Source: Nitrosopumilaceae archaeon (GTDB taxonomy: Archaea > Thermoproteota > Nitrososphaeria > Nitrososphaerales > Nitrosopumilaceae). From it: a stretch of 64,000 bases of DNA. Under the pieces are notes generated by a model. The model did no database searches and was not told the DNA's origin. It saw nothing but the letters and a program-made list of their open reading frames with translations. Positions 35,801 through 42,693 of the stretch are shown in pieces. The position numbers and the translations under genes are program-made. Each line of letters begins with the position of its first letter. Position 1 is the stretch's first letter. The DNA lies in contig OZ242376.1 of the NCBI GenBank assembly GCA_965209085.1, positions 1,472,001-1,536,000 on the forward strand, given 5' to 3'.

Positions 35801-37525
35801 TTCTTGAAACAAATATTCAGGCATATTTGGAGGAGTTGAATAATTAAAGTATTTTCGGAATGTTTCAAGATCATCCGCTGCTGCATTTGCAATTATGTTA
35901 GCGGTTCCAAGTTCGTTTTCATGTCTGTCAATCTGAAATTTAACTGAATGCTGAATGGTATTATCCGAATTCATATAGAGAATATAAGCTCCTCCAATTA
36001 TATTCAAATTCGCATATCCTACAAGGAGATCGTTTACGCCATCACCGTTTAGATCCCCCATGTTTTCTAGCGAATCTCCAAATGAGCCTTTATTTCCAGA
36101 CGTTCCTGACTCCTCTTCCCCGTCTATGTTATAATTGCGCGGGTTTAGAATCAAGTTTGGTGATGTTTCATTTATAATATTCACAGTTGAAACAGTTGTA
36201 GCATTATTTATCAAGGTGAAAATGTAAATATATCCGAATTTATTATCAAAATCTATACCATCGTAAGGTGAACCAACAGCAAGGACTATTGTACCGTTAT
36301 CATACGTTTCAAGTAATTCCACACTAGTACCAAATCTATCGTTAAACTCAAGATTCAATCCGTTAGTTAAAGGCTCTATATTTGTCACATTTAGAATTGA
36401 TGTGGCGTTTTCTCCCATATGGAATATAAACACGGATCCCAAAGGTAAGGGAGGAGTGGCTTCTAGATCAGGATATCCTGACGCACCTATAGCTAAATCA
36501 GGTACGCCGTTATTATCAACATCTCCTATGTTTGCTAAAGAAATACCAAAAAATGTGGTGGATAGAGTTCTTATCCCTTCAGGGTATATATTATCAATGA
36601 ATATTTCAAATGAATCTAGTATATGTTTGCCATCACTACTAATATGTAAAATTAATACCATACCTATCGAAGTGGTATTAGCATAAGTTTTTTGGGATGC
36701 GCCAACTGCCAAGACGGTAGTGCCATCATTGTACACATCACCAAGTGTTACAATAGCACTGCCAAGTCCAGCATCATAATCTAAACGTGGATCATTTATC
36801 AAATTAGGCATGTTTGGAGTAGTATGATCAAATTTTATGCTTGATTTTATTGTGCCATCATCATTCATCAACATTATGTAAAATGCGCCCCTGTCTCTTC
36901 TTGTGAATTCATAATCAACCTGAAGACTACCATTAATGAATGTATGAATCAGATCACCCTCTCCAGTCGCCCCGATTCCAATATCAGATATTCCGTCTCC
37001 GTCAATATCTCCCAAATCGGATATTGAATCACCTAGCGTTGATCCTTGGTTATACAATCTAGCATAAGGAGGAATAAATTGTACAGGATCCACCAAGTCT
37101 GGACCGTTTACCGTATCATTATCAATATATGATATGGCTACGTGTTCGTGTGCAAACCATGATGTAGAGTTTGCATTTGTTATAGCAGAATTGTTCTTGT
37201 ATGTTCCAGTTACTGTAAAGATATTATTTGGAAAATTAAATGGAACTTCATCAGATTCGGCAACAAGCGAAAAAGACGGTGTGTCATTTACGGTTGCTTT
37301 AATTAATATTGTACCATGTGTAAATTGTGACGCAGTAAGTATTACATCACCATCGGTGGCAGCAGTGGTCTGGGCAAGAGAAACACTATCTTTAGGAATA
37401 TCATATACTATACGATTATCATTTGACTTAAAAGTTAATCCCTCAGCGGCATCGACACTTGCAAATGGCGAGATGAACGGTAAAGGTGATAAGAGAGCCA
37501 AAGCAAATATGACTACAGCGTACAT
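17807..37525 (-). CDS. Giant (6572 aa) secreted adhesin-like surface protein
   Basis: Signal peptide; FG-GAP Ca-binding repeats (GDIDGDGISDIGIGA, GDLNGDGVNDLLVG); many DT.xP.I.L.G...Y.DPGA.A.D (DUF5011/HYR-like Ig) domains; two LVIVD-type propellers (GVQIINITDPYNP); uninterrupted 19.7-kb ORF. Confidence 0.9.
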   Translation of the reverse strand: MYAVVIFALALLSPLPFISPFASVDAAEGLTFKSNDNRIVYDIPKDSVSLAQTTAATDGDVILTASQFTHGTILIKATVNDTPSFSLVAESDEVPFNFPNNIFTVTGTYKNNSAITNANSTSWFAHEHVAISYIDNDTVNGPDLVDPVQFIPPYARLYNQGSTLGDSISDLGDIDGDGISDIGIGATGEGDLIHTFINGSLQVDYEFTRRDRGAFYIMLMNDDGTIKSSIKFDHTTPNMPNLINDPRLDYDAGLGSAIVTLGDVYNDGTTVLAVGASQKTYANTTSIGMVLILHISSDGKHILDSFEIFIDNIYPEGIRTLSTTFFGISLANIGDVDNNGVPDLAIGASGYPDLEATPPLPLGSVFIFHMGENATSILNVTNIEPLTNGLNLEFNDRFGTSVELLETYDNGTIVLAVGSPYDGIDFDNKFGYIYIFTLINNATTVSTVNIINETSPNLILNPRNYNIDGEEESGTSGNKGSFGDSLENMGDLNGDGVNDLLVGYANLNIIGGAYILYMNSDNTIQHSVKFQIDRHENELGTANIIANAAADDLETFRKYFNYSTPPNMPEYLFQEHIDPSTGNLTNAYFDLGTAVVNFGDVHNDGYDDIGLTSTGLNSGTVVVLNRLGPTVNITVDPNYKNIDTIHYRPDATNYITVNGIDLTTDLDISIKPYILNVTLQPPGTFTMTFHRDIDASSVSAEDFVINDAVHAGTVSVAGAVVTLQSSGIFAADVINKITIVDDVLDQTGNAAEIRHSSFTTAENVGITAFRTSKNTITLNFNASLSTDNTDSNAFRVTGATVNSWTSSGNVITISISGIPETFGSHIVVYDSSHSTNLAIGSILVNNGTTVTAADRVPPEYIDTVATDVNHINIQFSEMLDDTLYLSPNDFTIDPANAISSIRIVNDSIILQLEDSLFTLPNVTYPASIADKLGNTVSQSNTAVARDGFGPVIISAYTTDINAIDIVYHEPFTQTTFEKSLITVDDLDIKNVVKINDTTLQVITEQFSSNYTPSSVIISTPLTDTLGFSNLVYASSSYIVHYSFSDTKDRLAPTPIFVHNGIRGTSIYDSIAKTIVFDEPLNATPSLDSITLYDLSGNLFNPSIFKLFFSADDKTTLVGYVRTTDSLYINITGDIFDLDGNSVPLGTIVYEYDNEKPILDSARVFDANTIIMTFDKVINYTTVSVQDFTINDSITVSDVLTRGDTIYLTTDTLTIGNAYFVNLVGSIADFANGTPNATNATIVYETVLAENLTITSTNTNPSYAKSGDTLRINLTSDESLTSVTVTILGVNVQPVSSDRNVDANTTVATNAPNGPATFAINVESVSGHVRTFTQNDLPDSNVFVDTISPNITLIGSANGTIVLNSAYTDPGATAKDGDPNYSGTYTSQVNTTLDTSILGAVFVYTYKADDDNAGNLGDSISRTVTVVDVEPITINSLSIASSSGTNFANAGKIITLTLATDGSDLGNITGTLLGRSLSSIITGGSVEFTATVQSNDTNENAAFSFSATNSTGNIISLTNADITDGSFVTIDTIKPVIVLTGGADSVLQGDAYLEPGTAISDSGNASYAGLVSATSLNTTILGPQNITYTGTADVAGNEPDQQTRTVTVLAKPLGLNSLTIESNNNVNTSFAKDGDVITVTLVANGTIGNVTGVIAGNSVTYTTTGDSASATVTVDGTFIDTASVTFSINASNADNLAYKIFTDTNLTGSNIAIDTTAPSITLNGANNTLVFTNSTYVDKNATASDASYATGSVQVSGAGTVDIATADNYTLTYTAPVDPAGNTGSTITRNVIVQDAPPIGITAFTITSANSNKSYAKAGDDLILLLTVNYTITTHTTQILNTDPDSFFVDNGNSLITSLNTPNNATESNATFTITVTNINGTTLTVTEDDLTSSNVFVDTIPPSITLIGSADSGIVLNSTYTDPGANARDGDPNYSGTYTTTINGTFGTAILGAIYEYTYTANDDSAGNPGSSTTRIVRIVDADPISITSLSIASNSGNNFANAGKIITLTLATDGSDLGNITGTLLGRALVNDTTGGSVEFTATVVSGDDGNAAFSITVTNSSGNQISVTNANITDSSFVTIDTIKPVIVLTDGADSVLQGDAYLEPGTAISDSGNASYAGLVSATSLNTTILGPQNITYTGTADVAGNEPDQQTRTVTVFAKPLGLNSLTIESNNNVNTSFAKDGDVITVTLAANGTIGNVTGVIAGNSVTYIAIGNNASATVTVDGAFTDTDSVTFSINASNADNLAYKIFTDTNLSGSNIAIDTTAPSITLNGANNTRIVTNSSYTDPNATATDASYATGSVQVPGAGTVNIATAGNYTLTYTAPVDPAGNPGNTISRTVRVQDASPLEIVSKFIHSPSGTLTTGTDFSANIITRSINLFETSDKTYALLTRGSTGAWIIADITNPALPSIVYTNASFTSAYKTSIFTIDNIPYAIAAGGTSATSIIDISSPASPSVIATLVNGTDYPRLYNAQSVTTVTIGASTFALFASSHPAHGVQIINVTNPHNPLPVSHLTDNVDGYFELAGAHDITTVTIGASVYALAVGFSDAGVQIINITDPYNPSNASDYDTLRGPISITTVTVGSSVYALVASLYDDDIEIINITDPYNPLHASSVTDGIGDYDTLDAPYGITTVTIGSSVYALAPSSFDDGIQIIDITDPYNPKPASSIVDNTGGYTNLDDPRAVITATINGTTYAFIASNVDGLQIIKLESPPPINITSNNTNPAYAKTGDTLTVKFTVNDTISSHTSQILGLTPNVTLDGANYSATLTVPSVQTESYATFAIQVSNADGATLSVTENDVPLASNVFIDTIGPRISLIGTSSFTVILNSTDPFIPGAIITDEDPNYPDTFTITINGTLDTSVINSTVTYTYTAATDGAGNAGSSVTRTVTVVEAEPITINSLTIASSSGTNYANAGKNITVTLATDGSDLGNFTGTLLGRALVNDTNGGSAEFTATVVPGDDGNAAFSITVTNSSGNQISITTTDTTDGSFVTIDTIKPVIALTGGNDSVLQGETYQDPGTTVSDSNNASYAGPVSASSIDTSTLGAKTITYTGTADAAGNVPDSINRTITVLAKPLGLNSLTIESNNNVNTSFAKGGDVITVTLVANGTIGNVTGVIAGNSATYTVTGNNASATVTVDGTFADTASVTFSINASNADNLAYKIFTDANLNGSNIAIDTTAPSITLNGANNTLVFTNSTYVDKNATASDASYATGSVQVSGVGNVNTAIVGNYTLTYTAPVDPAGNIGPVITRTVTVQDAPPINVNSLSIVSDSGNNYANTGKTVTVTLVTDGTNLNSLTGILLGRSFTNTTTGGSATFTGTVQSGDDGDATFSITATNSSGNKITLTNSDITDSSYIIIDTIKPVIALTGGNDSVLQGETYQDPGTTVSDDGNASYAGSVSASSINTSTLGAKTITYTGTADAAGNEPDQITRTVTVFAKPLGLNSLTIESNNNVNTSFAKDGDVITVTLAANGTIGNVTGVIAGNSVTYTATGDSASATVTVNGTFTDTASVTFSINASNADNLAYKIFTDTNLTGSNIAIDTTAPSITLNGANNTIVIRNQPYEDPNATASDASYATGSVQVSGAGNVDTTTNAIYTLTYTAPDDPAGNIGPVITRTVTVQDVPPINVNSLSIASNSGNNYANESKTVTVTLVTDGTNLNSLTGVLLGRSFTNITTGGSATFTGTVQSGDDGDATFSITATNSSGNKITLTNSDITDSSYIIIDTIKPVIALTGGNDSVLQGETYQDPGTTVSDDGNASYAGSVSASSINTSTLGAKTITYTSTADAAGNEPDQQTRTVTVLAKPLGLNSLTIESNNNVNTSFAKDGDVITVTLVANGTIGNVTGVIAGNSVTYTATGDSALATVTVNGTFTDTASVTFSINASNADNLAYKIFTDANLNGSNIAIDTTAPSITLNGANNTLVFTNSTYVDKNATASDASYATGSVQVSGAGNVDITIADNYTLTYTAPDDPAGNIGPVITRTVTVQDAPPINVNSLSIVSDSGNNYANTGKTVTVTLVTDGTNLNSLTGILLGRSFTNTTTGGSATFTGTVQSGDDGDATFSITATNSSGNKITLTNSDITDSSSIIIDTIKPVIALTGGNDSVLQGETYQDPGTTVSDDGNASYAGSVSASSIDTSTLGAKTITYTGTADAAGNEPDQITRTVAVLAKPLGLNSLTIESNNNVNTSFAKDGDVITVTLAANGTIGNVTGVIAGNSVTYTATGDSASATVTVNGTFTDTASVTFSINASNADNLAYKIFTDTNLTGSNIAIDTTAPSITLNGANNTIVIRNQPYEDPNATASDASYATGSVQVSGAGNVDTTTNAIYTLTYTAPDDPAGNIGPVITRTVTVQDVPPINVNSLSIASNSGNNYANESKTVTVTLVTDGTNLNSLTGVLLGRSFTNTTTGGSATFTGTVQSGDDGDATFSITATNSSGNKITLTNSDITDSSSVTIDTIKPVIVLTGGAGSVFQGETYQDPGTTISDSNNASYAGSVSNTSLNTAILGPQNITYTGTADAAGNEPDQQTRTVTVFAKPLGLNSLTIESNNVNTSFAKDGDVITVTLATNGTIDYIVGTIANNPVAYTVTGNNASATVTVAGTFVDTASVTFSITAYNEDNSTFTTFTNRDLTGSNIAIDTTAPSITLNGENNTRVATNSPYTDPGATATDASYATSSVQVSGAGNVNTAIVGNYTLTYTAPDDPAGNTGSTITRNVIVQDTLPIGITEFTITSFNTNKSYAKAGDRLDLELTVNYTIITYTGQILNTDPDTQFISSGNDRQLFADLDTPNNATESNATFTFTVTNINGTTLTVTEDNLTGPNVFVDTISPNITLIGSADSGIVLDSPYTDPGATVKDGDPNYSGTYDTAINGTFSTAILGAIYEYTYTAHDDNAGNPGASTTRIVRIVDVDPINVTSLSIASNSGNNYANAGKIITLTLATDGSDLGNFTGTLLGRSFTNTTNGGNATFTVTVQLNDTNENATFSITVTNSSGNQISISNIDIKDGSYVTIDTIKPEISLRGTENITLARGANFIDLGAIASDASYENIIVYSSDTVNTNTIGTYTLNYTAPADGAGNPGNTISRTVNVLNVAQLALETKLIHSPSGTLTKGTNFSTDITTDNVNLFETSGKTYALLARGTTGAWIIADVTNPALPSIVFSNITFVPAFKTSIFTIDNTPYAIAAGGTAITRITDISSPTSPSVTAKLVNGTDYPRLYNALGVTTVTIGASTFALFASGNPSNGVQIIDVTNPYNPSPVSYLTDDTDGYFELGYALDITTVTIGASVYALAIGAVDDGVQIINITNPYNPSNASSVTDGIDGYDTLDGPNSITTVTVGSSVYALVASYNDDGIQIINITDPYNPLPASSVTDGIDGYDTLDGPNSITTVTVGSSVYALVASRFDDGIQIIDITDPYNPKPAYSLMDNTGGYTNLDDPRDVITATINGKIYAFIASNAEGLQIIKLESTPSTVNITSNNANLAYAKTGDTLTVQFTVNNIISSHTSQILGLTPSVTLNGANYSATITVPPVQTESYATFAIQVVNAEGTTLFVTESIISQSNNIFIDTIAPEISLIGSKNHNILQNNNASSIPNVTVTDGDPNYAGTFNIATNATLDTSVLGSVVLYTYTANPDGAGNAGPSVTRTVTVVDFEPITINSLTIASSSGTNYANAGKNITVTLATDSSDLDNTNGTLLGRSLSSTITGGSAEFIATVVSGDDGDAAFSITVTNSTGGQISVTNADITDSSYVTIDTIAPEITLIGNNNTIQILGYTFTDPGANATDASYATGSVKVSGDGTVDIATAGNYTLTYTAPDDPAGNTGPTITRNVIVQDTPPIIINTLTLTSDNQNTQYAKAGDTLTLMLVINDTITSDTVTIQNGPLTTNSSSGSTLTATRIIPTSAIESNATFIITVTNANGATLIVTHDDLTGSNVFVDTIPPTITLDLPKFITIGEQPQVITGTVTDGDPNYNFTIPTCDTTHVNNETAHVYPVTCTANDDNAGNPGSSATTYIDVRNVNGTTILNSSHIDSNTPIVQNPDGIIMAQIHNDGLINPDNRLKLHASTLELNTSAVTSNTTSGSTVTHTTTYPHPLDLMVNLKITAKIERNTTMTFNTNNSNPGNFTIHEIIDNHNDDAIRFGFDNISYTLTGNALELTFSGIRSSFEAFVRNGTFDSYDTINRYSGTIDDASSALTVINGNASFSGVLYTYDSTARTVTIWTSHLSDFKVNTTSSGGSDSDSDSNAPTLGKTSSGAQLVTNGFEYNGLTVNVGRYHTEFPLIGTNVGDMNTIKMKIYDSAGPAGIKRVEVALGVPDVGLYHEAEAFVEVWMQKDSIAVKEIVIVDKLNLLEDSDVSSTVSQISCTGDVQQCLLVELKYSYREPPIYNTVSIKPVDWDNNAHQFYFNDGIHVDGDSINLPKEIDISTSHATGISNTVETLHLVQIDRAEHLWVDQYGYQWMIIGNTVRQITTPEYVVPDDNTYGTLHGPDRNHPDFASTVYAEQKRAQETLAGILGHATIIKPLPENGGTIYFDATGTDSRKGDSFKLVLELETARMQQLSNLLYDDTK
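23400..28850. repeat. Near-identical 1098-bp (366-aa) tandem units with a 2196-bp higher-order period inside the giant gene
   Basis: Antisense ORFs recur at 25197, 26295, 27393 and 28491 (step 1098); variants recur at 24639/26835 and 25620/27816 (step 2196); further copies at about 30.5-33.3 kb. Confidence 0.92.
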
Positions 37526-37683
37526 ATTCTAAATTTCATTAATTATATTATAAAAGTCTATCTAATATTTTTATGCAAGATCGGCACTTTTGCCATCATC
37601 TTGTATAGGCCATTTTACAGCATTTAAATTTCTGCGTACATCCAAGGTGGGAGTTTAATAATGTCAGATCACATATTGACATA

Positions 37684-38763
37684 TTGGATGTTTTGATAAA
37701 CGCGCCAGCAATAGGCAAAGAAGAGATACGCGCCGTAGTTGAGGTGTTAGAATCAGGCATTCTAACATCAGCTGCAAGATTTGGAGGTCCAACCGTCCGC
37801 GATCTAGAAAATGCCGCATGCGGTTTTGTAAAATCAAAATATGCAGTGGCGGTCAATTCCGGCACTGCTGCACTGCAGTGTGCGCTTTATGCTTTAGGAG
37901 TCGGACCTGGCAAAGAGGTTCTTATTCCGTCGTTTACTTTTGTTGCAACTGCAAATGCGGTGATTTCAACTGGGGCAACACCGGTATTTGTGGATATTTT
38001 GCCAGAGAATTGTACAATGGATCCAAAAGATCTTTGTGCAAAAATAACACCAAAGTCATGTGCAATAATTCCGGTTCACCTGTATGGAAGAATGGCGCAC
38101 ATGGAAAAGATATGCAGCATTGCATCAGAGAATAATCTCAAAATTATAGAGGATGCAGCACAAGCTTTGGGTTCAAAATTGAACGGAAAATACGCCGGAA
38201 CTATTGCAGATGCTGGATGTTTTAGTTTGTATCCGGGAAAGATCATAACATCCGGTGAGGGAGGGCTTGTGGTTATGGATGATGAACGCACATACGATGC
38301 AATTTTAAAAATACGCAACCACGGAATGATCAAAGGGTATGATACAGAAACGTTTGGTCTCAATCTTAGGATGACAGAATTTGCCGCAGCAATAGGCAAA
38401 GTACAGTTTGGTAAACTTGGAAATTTTATACTTGCACGCACAAAAAATGCTAAACTTTTGACAGAGTTGCTAAAAGATACGCGTGTAAACACTCCGGTAT
38501 TGCGCAAAGGAGAAGAGTCCAACTGGGGACTGTACACCGTCACATTAGATGAGCGTGATAAAGCGCTTGCTGCATTAAATAAAGCCAGAATCAGAGCTGC
38601 AGTCTACTACCCAACGCCCGTACACCGCCTGCCATTTTACGCATCCAAAGTAAAGCTGCATACAACAGACTGGGCAGCAAAACATGTTTTATCACTGCCA
38701 GTACATCCTAGAGTTAAAAGAGAGGATCTTGAACGCATGGCTGACATTTTGGCAAAATTTTAA
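37684..38763 (+). CDS. DegT/DnrJ/EryC1/StrS nucleotide-sugar aminotransferase
   Basis: VNSGTAAL, FTFVATAN, PVHLYG, IEDAAQA, FSLYPGKIITSGEGG. Confidence 0.93.
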   Translation: MDVLINAPAIGKEEIRAVVEVLESGILTSAARFGGPTVRDLENAACGFVKSKYAVAVNSGTAALQCALYALGVGPGKEVLIPSFTFVATANAVISTGATPVFVDILPENCTMDPKDLCAKITPKSCAIIPVHLYGRMAHMEKICSIASENNLKIIEDAAQALGSKLNGKYAGTIADAGCFSLYPGKIITSGEGGLVVMDDERTYDAILKIRNHGMIKGYDTETFGLNLRMTEFAAAIGKVQFGKLGNFILARTKNAKLLTELLKDTRVNTPVLRKGEESNWGLYTVTLDERDKALAALNKARIRAAVYYPTPVHRLPFYASKVKLHTTDWAAKHVLSLPVHPRVKREDLERMADILAKF

Positions 38764-38916
38764 CCCACATGCGTTTCATATATGATATGCCATAATATTT
38801 GGCGCAATCAGGATTTATGAGAATCAAATCTGAAATTTCAAGGGGATATATTCTGGTGAGGCCAAATATGTCAAATTTTAGGTCATGATGTGCCAACAGT
38901 ATATCCCATAGGGAAT

Positions 38917-41088
38917 TTATCTAAAATACGTGGCCGCCACAGTCTGACCGGCCTTTAGGTCTTTTTGTTCGCGCACTTTTTTGACAGCCTCTTCAAAGTG
39001 GCGCATGGTAACTTTGGCATCCACGGTTTTATTTTCCACAGCCTTTACGTCTGGATGGCTGTCAAGATATTCATGTATGACAAGGGAGACGGCTGTGTTT
39101 GCAATAGAGCCCACGTCAGCTCCGCTCAACCCGTCAGTCATCTCTGCAATGCGGTCCAAATCCACGTGCTCGTCTACAACGTCGATTATTTTGGAGTTTA
39201 TCTCCAAAATTTTCTTGCGGCTCTCCCTGTCTGGCATTGGTATCTGTATAATCTTGTCAAATCTGCCAGGACGAAGCAGTGCCGGATCAATCATGTCCAC
39301 GCGGTTTGTGGCGGCAAGAACCACCACGCCGTGCATGTTTTCCATTCCGTCAAGCTCAGTAAGCAGTTGGCTTACGACTCTTTCCACCATGGATGTCTCC
39401 CCGCCGGCTCCGCGCACGGGTGCAATAGAGTCAATCTCATCAAAGAATATCACGCACGGGGATGCCTGTCGCGCCCTGCGGAATATTTCCCGTATGCCCC
39501 TCTCTGATTCGCCTACCCATTTTGAGAGCAATTCAGGTCCGCGCACTGAGACAAAGTTTGCCTCACTCTCGGTGGCAACTGCCTTTGCAAGCAGGGTTTT
39601 TCCAGTTCCGCTAATGCCATGCAACAATATTCCACGGGGCATGCGGTGACCCAGTTTTTCATACAGTCCGGGATATTTCATGGGCCATTCCACGGCCTCT
39701 TGCAGTTCTCTTTTCACATCATCAAGACCTCCCACCTCATCCCATTTGACGTCAGGATTTTCGATAAAGACTTCGCGCATACCGGATGGTGTCACCTCTT
39801 TGAGCGCTTTTTGAAAGTCACTGCCGATTACGATCAGTTTGTCAAGCGTCTCTGGAGGCATCTTTTCATCATCCAAGGTTATCTCTGGCAACAATCGGCG
39901 CAGGCACTTCATGGCAGCCTCTTTACAGAGATATTCAAGATCTGCTCCAACATATCCGTGTGTTACAGCAGCTATTTTGATACGATCCACATCATCTGAG
40001 AGGGGCATGTTGCGGGTATGTATTGCAAGTATGGACATGCGTCCTTTTTTATCCGGCACTTTAATCTCAATCTCCCTATCAAACCGTCCGGGCCGTCTCA
40101 ATGCCGGGTCTATGGCATTTGGTCTGTTTGTAGCTGATATTACAATCACTTTACCTCTAGCCTCCAATCCGTCCATTAAGGAGAGCATTTGCGATACAAC
40201 CCTGCGCTCCACCTCGCCGGATACCTCTTCCCTTTTTGGCGCAATCGAATCAATCTCATCTATGAATATTATTGACGGGGATTTTTCACGCGCCTCTTTG
40301 AATATTTCGCGGAGCCGCGCCTCGCTCTCGCCGTAGAATTTGCTCATAATTTCAGGACCGGATATGCTGATAAAATGCGCATTGCTCTCGTTTGCCACAG
40401 CTTTTGCCAGCATTGTCTTTCCCGTTCCCGGAGGACCGTACAGTAGAATTCCTTTTGGCGCCTCTATGCCAAGTTTTTCAAATATTTCAGGATGTCGCAG
40501 CGGCAGCTCTATCATTTCGCGGACTTTGGTTATCTCATCTGTCAAACCTCCAATGTCCTCGTATGTAACCTGCGGTACGCCCCGAAGTGCTTCCCCTTTT
40601 TCTGCAATATGAAATACGGTTTTTTGTGTTACAAGTACTGCATCAGTTGCAGGTGTGACGCCGATTATCTGAAATGTAAGCCGGCCGCCAAAGTACGGCA
40701 CCATTACGTTATCACCTTTTATGAGCGGAACGCTCTCCAAAGCGTCGGCAAGATATCTCTCATCTATTGGAGGAATTGCCTCCAACGGTGCGACGACAAT
40801 TTTTTCTGCCTGTACTGCTTTTATTTTTTTGACAGATATTGCATCGCCTATTGCAATGCCAGAGTTGTTTCTTCCCAGTCCGTCTATGCGGATTATTCCC
40901 TTGCCCTCATCAGATGGATATAGTGGCAGGCATTTTGCAACCGTGCGTCTTTTACCTTTGATCTCTATTACATCGCCAGTTGAGGCGCCAAGGTTGTCCA
41001 TGGAGTCATAATCTATTCTAGCGACACCTCTGCCTACGTCCCTAGTATATGCCTCCAAGACCTTCAAAGAGAGGGGGTTTTGACTCAT
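38917..41088 (-). CDS. cdc48: CDC48/VCP AAA+ ATPase
   Basis: N-domain [11 protein letters not shown]; two AAA modules ([16 protein letters not shown]; DEID; RPGRFD). Confidence 0.96.
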   Translation of the reverse strand: MSQNPLSLKVLEAYTRDVGRGVARIDYDSMDNLGASTGDVIEIKGKRRTVAKCLPLYPSDEGKGIIRIDGLGRNNSGIAIGDAISVKKIKAVQAEKIVVAPLEAIPPIDERYLADALESVPLIKGDNVMVPYFGGRLTFQIIGVTPATDAVLVTQKTVFHIAEKGEALRGVPQVTYEDIGGLTDEITKVREMIELPLRHPEIFEKLGIEAPKGILLYGPPGTGKTMLAKAVANESNAHFISISGPEIMSKFYGESEARLREIFKEAREKSPSIIFIDEIDSIAPKREEVSGEVERRVVSQMLSLMDGLEARGKVIVISATNRPNAIDPALRRPGRFDREIEIKVPDKKGRMSILAIHTRNMPLSDDVDRIKIAAVTHGYVGADLEYLCKEAAMKCLRRLLPEITLDDEKMPPETLDKLIVIGSDFQKALKEVTPSGMREVFIENPDVKWDEVGGLDDVKRELQEAVEWPMKYPGLYEKLGHRMPRGILLHGISGTGKTLLAKAVATESEANFVSVRGPELLSKWVGESERGIREIFRRARQASPCVIFFDEIDSIAPVRGAGGETSMVERVVSQLLTELDGMENMHGVVVLAATNRVDMIDPALLRPGRFDKIIQIPMPDRESRKKILEINSKIIDVVDEHVDLDRIAEMTDGLSGADVGSIANTAVSLVIHEYLDSHPDVKAVENKTVDAKVTMRHFEEAVKKVREQKDLKAGQTVAATYFR

Positions 41089-41184
41089 ACATAAAACACG
41101 TCTAGTGGATTTTTATATCTTTAGTGATGGGATGATAGGGGTTGAATTGGCAGTTTTGCAGGCACATTTACCCATAATTTGCGT

Positions 41185-41260
41185 GTATGAGGTCAGCACC
41201 TCGTACTATTTTGTGCCTACATCTTCATTTATTGCATAAATTCTAGGCATGACGTGACAC
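41185..41260 (+). mobile_element. MITE copy 3 (5-bp deletion in right TIR)
   Basis: GTATGAGGTCAGCACC...GTGACAC; perfect 8-bp TSD ATTTGCGT at 41177-41184 and 41261-41268. Confidence 0.9.
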
Positions 41261-41310
41261 ATTTGCGTTCCCACAAGCTTAAAATCAGTTGAAATAGGGT
41301 GTACGTATCT

Positions 41311-42045
41311 ATGGGTAAAAGACCACTAGTGCGCAGAAGGGGTCGCGGAGGCAAACAGTTTAGAGCGACCATAACTGGCAAGATTGCGGCTGCAAAATAT
41401 CCCAATTTTCAGCTAGCTGAAAACCATACAGCCACTATCATGGACATTATTCACGAACGGGGACGCGATGCCCCCCTAGCAAAGATTAAATTTGAGGACG
41501 GGGGCATATCGCACGTTCCAACGGTCCTAGGATCAGAGGTCGGATCCACGATTGATTTTGGATTAAAGTCAAAGATAGAGGACGGCAATGTAATCAGTAT
41601 TCAAAATATACCAGACGGCACTACCGTATGTAATGTAGAGAGACATTTTGGCGACGGCGGGGCACTGATAAAATCTGCCGGAACCAGCGCCACTGTATTT
41701 TCCCACAATGATCAAGGCGTGGTGTTAAAGCTCCAGTCTGGCAAATTTACGACATTGAATTCAAAAAATCGCGCAATGATAGGAACTCTTGCCGGAGGCG
41801 GCGCCGGTGAAAGACCTTTCATGAGTGCCGGCGGCAAATGGCGCAAGTTTCGCAGCAGGGGAAGAAAGTATCCAATTGTCAGAGGAGTTGCCCAGGCAGC
41901 ATATGTTCACCCGCACGGAGGAGGACGGCACCAGCATGTGGGACAAAGCTCCACTGTATCGCGCAATGCGCCTCCAGGTGCCAAAGTTGGAAGCATTGCT
42001 GCAAGAAAAACCGGCAGAGCCCGCATAAAAGAACGCAGAAATTAA
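41311..42045 (+). CDS. rpl2: 50S ribosomal protein uL2
   Basis: MGKRPLVRRRGRG, HERGRDAPLA, VRGVAQAAYVHPHGGG, PPGAKVG. Confidence 0.97.
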   Translation: MGKRPLVRRRGRGGKQFRATITGKIAAAKYPNFQLAENHTATIMDIIHERGRDAPLAKIKFEDGGISHVPTVLGSEVGSTIDFGLKSKIEDGNVISIQNIPDGTTVCNVERHFGDGGALIKSAGTSATVFSHNDQGVVLKLQSGKFTTLNSKNRAMIGTLAGGGAGERPFMSAGGKWRKFRSRGRKYPIVRGVAQAAYVHPHGGGRHQHVGQSSTVSRNAPPGAKVGSIAARKTGRARIKERRN

Positions 42046-42079
42046 ATAAAATTTTATAGCACGTTCTTTTACTGTACGT

Positions 42080-42358
42080 GTGGAACAAATTCGCGCCCAT
42101 GTTTTTGTAACCGGCAAAGTTCAGGGTGTTTTTTTTAGACAGTCATTAAAGGTTGCCGCGCGCAAAAACAAAACCACCGGCTGGGTACGCAACTTGAAGG
42201 ATGGCCGAGTAGAGTCAGTAATTGAAGGGGAGCAATCAAATGTTGCAATAGTGATAGAATGGTGCCATGGTGGACCGGCAAATTCGCATGTCAAAGATGT
42301 TCAGATGAGCATGGAACAGTATACGGGGGAATTTGAAAAATTTGATGTGTTATACTAG
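42080..42358 (+). CDS. acyP: Acylphosphatase
   Basis: VTGKVQGVFFR and GWVRNLKDGRVE signatures. Confidence 0.93.
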   Translation: MEQIRAHVFVTGKVQGVFFRQSLKVAARKNKTTGWVRNLKDGRVESVIEGEQSNVAIVIEWCHGGPANSHVKDVQMSMEQYTGEFEKFDVLY

Positions 42359-42376
42359 TTTTCTGCATTGTAAAAA

Positions 42377-42693
42377 TGGTAGCAGATCCGCCGGTTCCAA
42401 TCCAGGTCGACAGCCCCGTTTCAAGGCGTACAAGATCCGCCACGTTGACGGGGAAGCGTGGATGCTCCAACTTAGAGCCGCTCCCTCCCGGACCTAGCCC
42501 ATTTCGATGGTTCGAATCTAAGGAACGTCCTTTAGGACGACCCCGATCCTGCAACCACCCGCCCCGGCGTGATTTCATTTCCGCACGCCAAGTGGGAACA
42601 GCCATCCTGGAAGTTTACCCAGCGGTTACTGGCCTCTGCATATAGCCGGTTTCAGAACGGGGCACGGCTAGCACCCCGACCCTACCTACTACC
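42377..42693 (-). ncRNA. ffs: Archaeal SRP (7S) RNA
   Basis: GC-rich ~315 nt; helix 8 motif CTAGGTCCGGGAGGGAGCGG on the - strand; complementary termini GGTAG.../...CTACC. Confidence 0.9.

Noticed and set aside
17847-37532. Many + strand ORFs recurring inside the giant gene
   Set aside because: Antisense shadows of the repetitive coding strand.
42291-42645. ORFs at 42291-42605 and 42376-42645
   Set aside because: They overlap the SRP RNA and are spurious.
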